Source of the DNA: Opitutales bacterium
Lineage (GTDB): Bacteria; Verrucomicrobiota; Verrucomicrobiia; Opitutales; UBA953
DNA: 13,314 nt
Direction of reading: 5' to 3'
NCBI GenBank assembly: GCA_040398005.1
Contig: JBBAUX010000009.1
Coordinates: forward strand, 1 to 13,314
Shown here: in pieces, positions 6,112 to 13,314 of the stretch
Layout: each line of letters starts with the position of its first letter
Numbering within the stretch: the stretch's first letter is position 1
The notes under the pieces: model-generated
The model's input: the letters and a program-made list of their open reading frames with translations, nothing else
Databases searched by the model: none
Told to the model about the DNA's origin: nothing
Position numbers and translations under genes: made by a program

Positions 6112-8310
6112 TTATCGAGTCAGGCTACCTGCGGAAACAGTGTTCTTAGTCGAATCGTACGGATAACCACTTAAGACCAAATTAGTAACCGTGAATGTTT
6201 CTGTTCCAGTTGAAGTGGATGACATTACAGCGGACTTGATCGTAACAACACCCTGGGCATTCGTGGTAGCAGTAGCAGTGCCTGAAGCTAATCCTGATGA
6301 GGTCACACTCACAACCGCGTTAGCGATGGCTTTCTCGTTTTGATCACCGACCTTGATGGTTGCTACGAAATATCCAGTAGTGAATGTGCCCTTAACCCAA
6401 GCCACTGAAACGGATAGTACATTAACGGCCTTCGTACTGGATATAGCCTTAACGGTGATTGGAGGGTGGGTGTATGAACCTGTGCCATTGGAGTTATCTG
6501 TAACGAGGAGAGTTGCGGTGTAAGCTCCCGGGGTGCTGTAAACGTGAGTTGGGTTTGCTGACGTAGAGTTTGTACCGTCGCCAAAATCCCAGAGGTAGTT
6601 GGTGATAATACCATCAGCGTCGGAGGAATTGGACCCCACAAACTTAACCGTAGAAGGCGCCATGCCACCCACCTGAGTTGTACCCGTCGTACTTGCTACG
6701 GGAAGTATATTATTAGGAGTGCCTTTACTGATGGTCTTTAAGGTGTAACGACCAATCGAGGCGTAATCAGTAAAACCCTGGTATTGAGGATTGGTAATGG
6801 TACCAGTGTCGGAATCGTAAGAACAATCGGCAGGAATGTCGTTCGCCGGAACTCGTGGAACACTCGCATCAATATATTCATTGATGAAAGTAGCAGAGTT
6901 TTCGTCCCAGTAGGCGCCTACACCGTCAACTTCGATGTAATAGGTGCCCGCATCAAGTGATACGTTGTAAATGTATGCATTCATGCCGTCTTCCGAGGAA
7001 TAAGAGTAACCGTAGTCATCCAAGACTTCATTGCCTGCAGAATCTAACAAGCGAAGGCCAATATTCAGATTAGCTTGGGGATCTGCGGCAATGGCCTCGA
7101 CGTAAAACTCGCCTTCGCCGACTTCGATTTTGAAAAGATCTTTGTCCGCACGATTATGAATCAATCCGGTAGCGCTCGAAGTGTATAAGTACACAGGCAG
7201 GGTACTTCTTTCCGTAGATTTAACCTTCGTGGTAGTGAGTGTAGTGGCTAAGAGAATCGTATCACCGTGATCATCCGGAGTTTTTAAAGGAATTGATTTT
7301 GCAATTTCCAACAAGTCATCTTCGGTGTTGGTAGCGTTCGCGTCGTAATCTCCATTGGTCCATTGCGCTACGCTCTTACCCATGGTATCGCCCATGTACG
7401 AAGCCCAATCATTGTGACCTGCGTAGTACTCAACTTGCGTGGTACCGTCATCCGTGGTTGAGTGATTTAGATTAAAGGCGTGACCCAATTCATGCACCGC
7501 CGTGTCAGCGACATCCTTTGCACTACCTTTTTGGTAAATCGAGTCCGAGAAAATAAGTACTGGGCAGTCGTTGGCGTAAGCGACCGATGAAATCTGAAAA
7601 TTAAAACTGTTTAATTCAGTGACGCCAAGAATACCATCAGGATCATCGCCCGCTTGGATTAAATTGGGGACATAAGAACTCTTACCACCGAAACAAACGC
7701 GTGTACCATAATTGGTGTCAACGGGGGATTTCAGAGTATAACGAATGTTTTCTACACCCGGATCCTGGGTGGTCACATCAACATCAAAGGCGGCAAAGGC
7801 ATCAGAAACCTCTTTCCAGATTTTCTGAATCATCGCGTGCTCTACATAATTGAAAGTACTTGGCTTACCATCGAGATCAAAGGCTGGTACGGTAATCGAT
7901 GTGGCAAGCTGATCAGTATTCCAAAGCGCACCTTTAATAACATGTCCGTTAAAATCTAAATAGATAACCTTGGTGGCACCCGGACGCGAGTGCAGGACGA
8001 ATGTCTTCGTAAAGGGGAAAAGTGTCGCGGTGGTGAATGATTCAGGATCGGAAGGATTCGCAGTTTTAGCAGCGGTACGACTGCAGGCATAGAATGCACC
8101 ACCCGTCTTTTTACCAATGCGCAAATCCTTATCGCGTTTGGCCACAAGTTTAAGCTTAGCGATATCAATGCCAGCCAACTTTGCCGCCTTGGTAATTTCA
8201 GCATCCGACGCGGTGGACGCTTGCTTGCTCGTGGCACTGCTCACTGCGTTTGCAGATAAAACAGAGGCGAAAACAATCAGGGTTAAAAACAGAGACTTAA
8301 GGGGCTTCAT
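6112..8310 (-). CDS. Secreted metzincin-type zinc metalloprotease with PPC-like, PKD and C-terminal Ig-like domains (divergent paralog 3)
   Basis: Signal peptide MKPLKSLFLTLIVFASVLSANA, LHSRPGATKVIYLDFNGH, HELGHAFNLNH at 7462-7494, WASYMG, DKDLFKI, PKD motif YLWDFGDG..NPTHVYSTPGAY. Confidence 0.88.
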   Translation of the reverse strand: MKPLKSLFLTLIVFASVLSANAVSSATSKQASTASDAEITKAAKLAGIDIAKLKLVAKRDKDLRIGKKTGGAFYACSRTAAKTANPSDPESFTTATLFPFTKTFVLHSRPGATKVIYLDFNGHVIKGALWNTDQLATSITVPAFDLDGKPSTFNYVEHAMIQKIWKEVSDAFAAFDVDVTTQDPGVENIRYTLKSPVDTNYGTRVCFGGKSSYVPNLIQAGDDPDGILGVTELNSFNFQISSVAYANDCPVLIFSDSIYQKGSAKDVADTAVHELGHAFNLNHSTTDDGTTQVEYYAGHNDWASYMGDTMGKSVAQWTNGDYDANATNTEDDLLEIAKSIPLKTPDDHGDTILLATTLTTTKVKSTERSTLPVYLYTSSATGLIHNRADKDLFKIEVGEGEFYVEAIAADPQANLNIGLRLLDSAGNEVLDDYGYSYSSEDGMNAYIYNVSLDAGTYYIEVDGVGAYWDENSATFINEYIDASVPRVPANDIPADCSYDSDTGTITNPQYQGFTDYASIGRYTLKTISKGTPNNILPVASTTGTTQVGGMAPSTVKFVGSNSSDADGIITNYLWDFGDGTNSTSANPTHVYSTPGAYTATLLVTDNSNGTGSYTHPPITVKAISSTKAVNVLSVSVAWVKGTFTTGYFVATIKVGDQNEKAIANAVVSVTSSGLASGTATATTNAQGVVTIKSAVMSSTSTGTETFTVTNLVLSGYPYDSTKNTVSAGSLTR

Positions 8311-8418
8311 TACCTAGGTACAAAACCCTAATTAATTTAAAGTTTCAACCCTACATCCTAAATAGTTTGTGACAAGGTCGTGACCCAAATCTTCGAGAAA
8401 TCGAGGAAACTTGAAAAA

Positions 8419-9282
8419 CTAGCCTCGGTTATCTAACTGGGGAGCAATCGGACGGCCCTGGGACTTGCCGTGAATGCAATAGGGACAGGACTTTTCCAAC
8501 ACGTAATCCGCGTGCTGCTGATCCGCTAAAGACAGGGGCATCTGACAGTTGAAACAGAGAATCGACGGCGTCTCCTGAAGATCAGCCCCCACCCCTACTC
8601 TCTCATCAAACACAAAACACTCACCCTCGTAATGCGCGCCACCCACCTCTTCGAAATACTTTAAAATTCCACCATCGAGCTGCATGATATTGGTGTACCC
8701 TTCCATTTCCATAAACGGTCCAGCTTTTTCACAGCGAATTCCTCCCGTGCAAAACATCACGACGGGCTGATTCTTTAAATCTTCGGGTAGTTTTCGTACT
8801 GCAATCGGAAATTCTCGAAACGTCATCACGCCCGCCGGCACCGCACCTTTAAACGTACCCATCCGCACTTCGTAATCATTACGCGTGTCTAATAAAGTAA
8901 TCGGACGGCCTTCATCCAACATCTTCTTCAACTCCTGAGCCGTAATCTTCGGTGCCGGCTTGAGTGCAGGATTAACTCCCTCAATACCGAAAGCGATAAT
9001 CTCTTTTTTAATCTTCACCAACATGCGCTTAAACGGCTGATCGCCGCTTGGACTTTCCTTAGGCTGGATATCCGCCAAACCAGGAATTCCCCGAAGCGCC
9101 CTTAAAACATGGTCTAATTGCTCAGATGTTCCTGCGATAAAAAAATTAATTCCCTCCGCAGCTAAAAGAATAGTGCCCTTAACATTCTGCTCTAAACACA
9201 GGGCAAGCAGTTGCGCTTTGCGACCCTCCAAGTCGTCGAGCGGCGCAAATTTATAACAGGAAAGATTGATGATTTTACTCAA
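8419..9282 (-). CDS. trhO: Rhodanese-domain tRNA uridine(34) hydroxylase (YceA/UPF0176 family)
   Basis: YKF, KGTILLAAEGIN, F..M.VKIKKEI, LLDTRNDYEVRMGTF, FCTGGIRCEKA, L.GGILKY, G.CFVFDERV and a C-terminal CxxC...CPYC. TTG start. Confidence 0.88.
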   Translation of the reverse strand: MSKIINLSCYKFAPLDDLEGRKAQLLALCLEQNVKGTILLAAEGINFFIAGTSEQLDHVLRALRGIPGLADIQPKESPSGDQPFKRMLVKIKKEIIAFGIEGVNPALKPAPKITAQELKKMLDEGRPITLLDTRNDYEVRMGTFKGAVPAGVMTFREFPIAVRKLPEDLKNQPVVMFCTGGIRCEKAGPFMEMEGYTNIMQLDGGILKYFEEVGGAHYEGECFVFDERVGVGADLQETPSILCFNCQMPLSLADQQHADYVLEKSCPYCIHGKSQGRPIAPQLDNRG

Positions 9283-9291
9283 TGTGGACTG

Positions 9292-9320
9292 AGCATACAG
9301 CGAGATTGAATTTTTGGCAA
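9292..9320 (-). promoter_or_regulatory. Putative sigma70 promoter of trhO
   Basis: Minus strand TTGCCA (9320..9315)-17 nt-TATGCT (9297..9292), 9 nt upstream of the TTG start. Confidence 0.6.
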
Positions 9321-9380
9321 GCCGATGAAACTCGCAAACGCCTCTTGTCAGTTAACCTTAGCTAGTGTTAATAAAAACAC

Positions 9381-10190
9381 GTGAGCGACGAACTGACCAT
9401 TCAACCCATCGGCTTTATCCGTAACGGTAAATCGCTCAAATTTAATGCCCGACATCAACCCGACGAATCACAACCGGAGACCAATATTTTAGAACTGATC
9501 AAAGGTGATAAATATCAGAAGGCATTACTCGACCTCGAAGGCTTTGACCGCATTTGGCTGATTTGGTGGTTCCATCGTAATAAAGATTGGCGTCCCCAAG
9601 TACTCCCACCACGCGGTCCGGCCAAACGTCGCGGCGTTTTTTCCACGCGCTCCCCGCACCGTCCCAACCCACTCGGCATCACCCCGGTTCAACTCATCGG
9701 TATCAAAAAAAATCAGCTAATTCTCGGGCCGTGCGACTTAGTCGAAGGCACTCCTATTTTTGATATTAAACCTTACATCCCCGCTTATGATTCGTTTCCC
9801 GACTCCAAAGCGGGTTGGCTCCAAGAAATCGACAACGCCCAAAGTTCTCCACCGGTCTATCAAATCATTTTTAGCGCTCTGGCTGACGAACATCTTTCGT
9901 GGTTACGAAAAACTTGGGACATCGATTTCACCGAGCGACTCCAAGAAATTCTCTCACGCGATCCCTCACCACACCGCACGCGTCGCATTCGTAGCCGCCA
10001 CGGTAACCTCTTCGACATCGGTTGCGGTGCTTGGTACGCTGTCTTCGAAATTAAAGATCAGGTCATCACCGTTTTATCGATTAAACCGGCATTTCCATTA
10101 AAGTTTCTGACTGATCCCGAACGCCCAGAAATACCAGATAAAGAAGCGCAAATGTCTTTCCGTAGTCTTTGGCCTCAGTGCGTCGACTAA
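9381..10190 (+). CDS. trmO: tRNA (N6-threonylcarbamoyladenosine(37)-N6)-methyltransferase (TsaA/YaeB family)
   Basis: IQPIGFI, LEGFDRIWLIWWFH, V.PPR, GVFSTRSPHRPNPLG and DLVEGTPIFDIKPYIP.YDSFP signature motifs. GTG start. Confidence 0.93.
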   Translation: MSDELTIQPIGFIRNGKSLKFNARHQPDESQPETNILELIKGDKYQKALLDLEGFDRIWLIWWFHRNKDWRPQVLPPRGPAKRRGVFSTRSPHRPNPLGITPVQLIGIKKNQLILGPCDLVEGTPIFDIKPYIPAYDSFPDSKAGWLQEIDNAQSSPPVYQIIFSALADEHLSWLRKTWDIDFTERLQEILSRDPSPHRTRRIRSRHGNLFDIGCGAWYAVFEIKDQVITVLSIKPAFPLKFLTDPERPEIPDKEAQMSFRSLWPQCVD

Positions 10191-10194
10191 GCAA

Positions 10195-10947
10195 TTATTC
10201 GCGGCTAAGTAGTCGCGCTCCCATCCAATTCACGAGAGCGACAAAACAATAGCCGACAATACAAGCGACCACAGCGACCGCAAAAACGGCCGCAGTGTCC
10301 GTCCGACTCCAATATATTTGTAGAAGATATCCTAAGCCACTTTCACCAGGATTAGTTCCCACCATGTACTCGCCACTCACCGCGCCGACAGTGGCCAAGG
10401 TCGCCGCAATTTTCACACCGGTAATCACACTCGGCAGTGCACCAGGCACCCAGAGTTTCCAAAATGTCTGGGCGCGCGTGGCCTTCATCACTTTAAATAA
10501 ATCAGCATAGTTGGGGTCCACCTGCGACATGCCCGACGACGCCGAAGCAGCGATCGGGAAAAATGAAATTAAAAAGGTGATGGCGACAATACTAGCCAAA
10601 CCTGACCCCAGCCAAATCGCAATCAACGGCACCAAGACAATCACCGGTGTCATTTGCAAAATTAAAACCCAAGGGAGAAAACTTCGACGAACGGAGACGA
10701 ACATCGTAAAGAAACTGGCCACAATCAACCCGCCCGCAACCGCGCTCAGCAGCCCCAGTGCCGCAGCAATCGCCGTCCGACCCGCAGCAGGAATCAAAAA
10801 TTGGGCTTCTTTGACGATGGTGTGGTAAACCAAGCTAGGACGCGGCAAGAGATAATCTTTGATCCCAAGAATGTGCGGTAATACCTGCCAAATAATCAGG
10901 ATGACTAAGGCCGTTAAAACCGGAGGTAAGATTCGTGATAGCCGCAC
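10195..10947 (-). CDS. ABC transporter permease, NitT/TauT (SsuC/TauC-like) family
   Basis: Multiple TM segments, YLLPRPS, LQMTPVIVLVPLIAIWLG, FFPI, EAA-like loop (ADLFKVMKATRAQTFWKLWVPGALP), GAVSGEY and GLGY. Confidence 0.88.
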   Translation of the reverse strand: MRLSRILPPVLTALVILIIWQVLPHILGIKDYLLPRPSLVYHTIVKEAQFLIPAAGRTAIAAALGLLSAVAGGLIVASFFTMFVSVRRSFLPWVLILQMTPVIVLVPLIAIWLGSGLASIVAITFLISFFPIAASASSGMSQVDPNYADLFKVMKATRAQTFWKLWVPGALPSVITGVKIAATLATVGAVSGEYMVGTNPGESGLGYLLQIYWSRTDTAAVFAVAVVACIVGYCFVALVNWMGARLLSRE

Positions 10948-11052
10948 AAAGGCTGGTATGATTATTTTTAGGCCTAAGGCAAACCCCTGCTTGTATTAAG
11001 AGTTAAATTAACAATATTTTCAGTTGCACCGACCCCCCTTGACACACACCCC

Positions 11053-12930
11053 TTGACAGCAGTGGCACTCATCTCACGCAGATCCATCGACGACTTAAGA
11101 CAGCGAGCTGATATTGTAGCTCTCGCAGGTGACTATACCCAAATGAAACAACGGGGACGTGATTGGTGGGGACTAAGCCCTTTTAAATCCGAAAAGAGTC
11201 CGTCGTTTAAAGTAAATCCTGAAACGGGTCTGTGGTATTGCTTTAGCACTCAACAAGGCGGCGATGTTTTTAAATTAGTCACCGCACGCGAAGGCCTAGA
11301 TTTTCCTGAAGCGGTTGAGCGCGTAGCGATGCGCTTCGGCGTCGAACTAGAATACGAACAATCTTCCCAAACTACCGAAGGTCGCTCACTCCGCAGTCAA
11401 CTATTAGAAATCCACCAACTGATTGCCGATTACTGGCATCGTTGTTTTCTGGAAGACGCCCAGCACAGTGAATGGATGAAAAATTACTGGATTGAAAAAA
11501 GAAAGTTCGATCTGTCTGTCGCAGAAGATTTCGGTATCGGGTTTGCGCCGATTGATGACTCGAAATTAATCCCCGGATTATTAAAAAAGAATTTTACTAA
11601 AGAAGCGATTGCCGGAACGGGTTTATTTTTCGGCGTCGATAAACAACCTGATCCGATTCGCTGGCGTTGCCGTTTTCGCGGCCGCCTCGTGATTCCGATT
11701 CGGGATATTCAGGGCAGAGTCATCGCTTTTACAGCACGAACACTCGATATTACGCCCCAGGACGACCCTTCGCGCGAAGCGAAGTATGTGAATTCACCGG
11801 AGACCGATTTATTCAAAAAATCACGAACGGTATTTAATTTGGATCGCGCTCGGGCGAATCGAAAAGACGAAGAACCTTTCGTACTCGTCGAAGGTCAGCT
11901 CGACGCGATTCGCTGTCACTCCATAGGCATTCACGGGGTCATCGCCGCGCAAGGTACCGCCGTCACCGAAGAACACCTCGCTCAGTTACGTCGCTTTACC
12001 AAACAGTTAGTCGTATTCTTAGATTCGGATGCCGCGGGACAAAAGGCTGCCCTGCGACTCCTCCCGATCGGCCTTCGTGAAGGTCTCGACATTCGCTTCC
12101 TCTCTCTCCCCGGTGGTAAAGATCCGGATGAATATTTTTCAACGCATAGTATCGAGTCTTGGCCTGAACTTTTAAAAACAGCGAGAACCGCCATGCGTTT
12201 CTGTGTTCAGTCCATTATTCCTGAAGGGAGCACGACCAGCCCACTCGCCCAAAGACTCTCCCTGCTCGAGAGTATTTTCCCTATTGTAGAACAAGCAGGC
12301 GCCGAGGAAATCGTCCGCGAGGCACTCAATGAGGCTGCGCGACACGCGGGCATCGGCATCCGTGAAATGCACATGGCCTATGAGCGACATTTGGCCAATT
12401 CGGCATCCCGCCGACCTGCCGCCCAGTTAGCCCCCGCCCAACCGGTCGAAGTCCCCGTTGTCAAGGGGGGGGGCTTGACAACTCCGGAAGAAGACTTAAT
12501 ACATGTATTATTGAGGCATGAACAATACTTTATCCCCGTCTCCGAAGCCCTCCCCCTTGAGTGGATTGATATTAATTACCGAGGAGGCAGTTTATTGCTC
12601 GCCCTATTAAACGAAGCGGTGAACGGACATTTCAAAGGAATCCGTGAAGCCGTTAACGTACTCGATCCAGAACTCCAAGCCGAAGCCGCGAAATTAACTT
12701 CCCACCAGACGCAAGATCAGGACCAAGAAGGAGAATTAAAAAGTAGAATCAACAGCATCCTCAAAGCTTTCCATCAAAGACGCATCCAATTTCAGAACCG
12801 ACAAATCGACGCCCAAATCGCCTCAGCTGCTTCCACCGAAGTCGACAAACTTAATTCCTTACTAGCCGAAAAGATTAAACTACGCAAAGAAAGCCTGACT
12901 CCCCCGTCGCTACCCAAGTCAGGAAACTAA
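11053..12930 (+). CDS. dnaG: DNA primase
   Basis: Zinc-ribbon-like GLSPF..EKSPSF..WYCFS..GGD, RFRGRLVIPIRD..GRVIAFTAR, KYVNSPET.LFKKS, TOPRIM motifs VEGQLD, DSDAAGQKA and KDPDE. The start may instead be GTG at 11062. Confidence 0.96.
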   Translation: MTAVALISRRSIDDLRQRADIVALAGDYTQMKQRGRDWWGLSPFKSEKSPSFKVNPETGLWYCFSTQQGGDVFKLVTAREGLDFPEAVERVAMRFGVELEYEQSSQTTEGRSLRSQLLEIHQLIADYWHRCFLEDAQHSEWMKNYWIEKRKFDLSVAEDFGIGFAPIDDSKLIPGLLKKNFTKEAIAGTGLFFGVDKQPDPIRWRCRFRGRLVIPIRDIQGRVIAFTARTLDITPQDDPSREAKYVNSPETDLFKKSRTVFNLDRARANRKDEEPFVLVEGQLDAIRCHSIGIHGVIAAQGTAVTEEHLAQLRRFTKQLVVFLDSDAAGQKAALRLLPIGLREGLDIRFLSLPGGKDPDEYFSTHSIESWPELLKTARTAMRFCVQSIIPEGSTTSPLAQRLSLLESIFPIVEQAGAEEIVREALNEAARHAGIGIREMHMAYERHLANSASRRPAAQLAPAQPVEVPVVKGGGLTTPEEDLIHVLLRHEQYFIPVSEALPLEWIDINYRGGSLLLALLNEAVNGHFKGIREAVNVLDPELQAEAAKLTSHQTQDQDQEGELKSRINSILKAFHQRRIQFQNRQIDAQIASAASTEVDKLNSLLAEKIKLRKESLTPPSLPKSGN

Positions 12931-13036
12931 AATAAGTCCACTTTGGCTCAAAATTCCGCCCTCACTGTTTTTCCTCAATACCGAGCCCTTAGTATACAGA
13001 GGGTAACTTAAATTTAAATCCATCCACTTTACCAAC

Positions 13037-13314
13037 ATGCCCGAAAACAAAAATACCAAAAAAGCTAATTCCAAAAAACCTGCTAAACCTGCGACCAAGC
13101 CCGTCGTGGTCAAAGCCGTTGCGAAACCCGCAGCCAAGGCACCCGCGAAGCCAGTCGTCGTAGCGAAGCACGTCGCGGCCAAGCCCGTAAGTAAACCCGT
13201 TATCGTAAACACGAAAGTGTCCCCCGCCAAGGTGGCACCTGCCAAGATAGTACCGACCAAAGTGGCGCCCACAAAGGCAGCTCCTGTTGTCGCCGCCAAG
13301 CCCGTCGCCGCCAA
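13037..13314 (+). CDS. 5'-partial Lys/Ala/Pro/Val-rich (histone H1-like) ORF; possibly the N-terminal extension of sigma factor RpoD
   Basis: ATG at 13037 is open to the window end: MPENKNTKKANSKKPAKPATKPVVVKAVAKPAAKAPAKPVVVAKHVAAKPVSKPVIVNTKVSPAKVAPAKIVPTKVAPTKAAPVVAAKPVAA. Absent from the ORF track because it has no stop in the window. The RpoD idea rests only on the common dnaG-rpoD gene order. Confidence 0.75.
   Translation, partial: MPENKNTKKANSKKPAKPATKPVVVKAVAKPAAKAPAKPVVVAKHVAAKPVSKPVIVNTKVSPAKVAPAKIVPTKVAPTKAAPVVAAKPVAA

Noticed and set aside
3614..8237. Same-strand alternative-frame ORFs of 91-93 aa at equivalent positions in the three protease genes (3614..3889, 5685..5960, 7956..8237)
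   Set aside because: They have TTG/GTG starts and their translations are less conserved than the main frame. Homology of the host genes explains the recurrence. Ribosome profiling would be needed to revive the idea.
8311..8320. Palindrome TACCTAGGTA immediately upstream of the paralog 3 ATG
   Set aside because: A single 10-bp palindrome not seen at the other paralogs; compatible with chance.
12919..13314. 131-aa minus-strand ORF (and 12989..13171)
   Set aside because: Antisense shadow of the Lys/Ala/Pro-rich plus-strand ORF; the GLAA/GFA repeats are the reverse-complement reading of AKP repeats.

Overview
Bacterial chromosomal window, probably Verrucomicrobiota/Opitutae-like. This is an inference from the Cys-type sulfatase, the Cys-poor primase zinc ribbon, the leaders without Shine-Dalgarno motifs and the Lys/Ala/Pro-rich ORF after dnaG. 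Left to right: a small membrane-protein gene bracketed by short repeats; a secreted S1 sulfatase; three tandem paralogous secreted metzincin-type metalloproteases (signal peptide, Cys-containing pro-region, HExxHxx[G/N]xxH domain, PPC-like, PKD and C-terminal Ig-like domains), each followed by a related rho-independent terminator; divergent tRNA-modification genes trhO and trmO; an orphan NitT/TauT-type ABC permease; dnaG; and the 5' end of a Lys/Ala/Pro-rich ORF, possibly the N-terminal extension of RpoD. The most notable observations are the triplicated gene-plus-terminator protease array, the repeat architecture around the small gene, a G9 tract in the dnaG linker where a single-base slip gives an almost immediate stop, the primase zinc ribbon lacking three of four ligands, and probable leaderless transcripts. 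No transposase, integrase, reverse transcriptase, CRISPR array or RNA gene was recognised.
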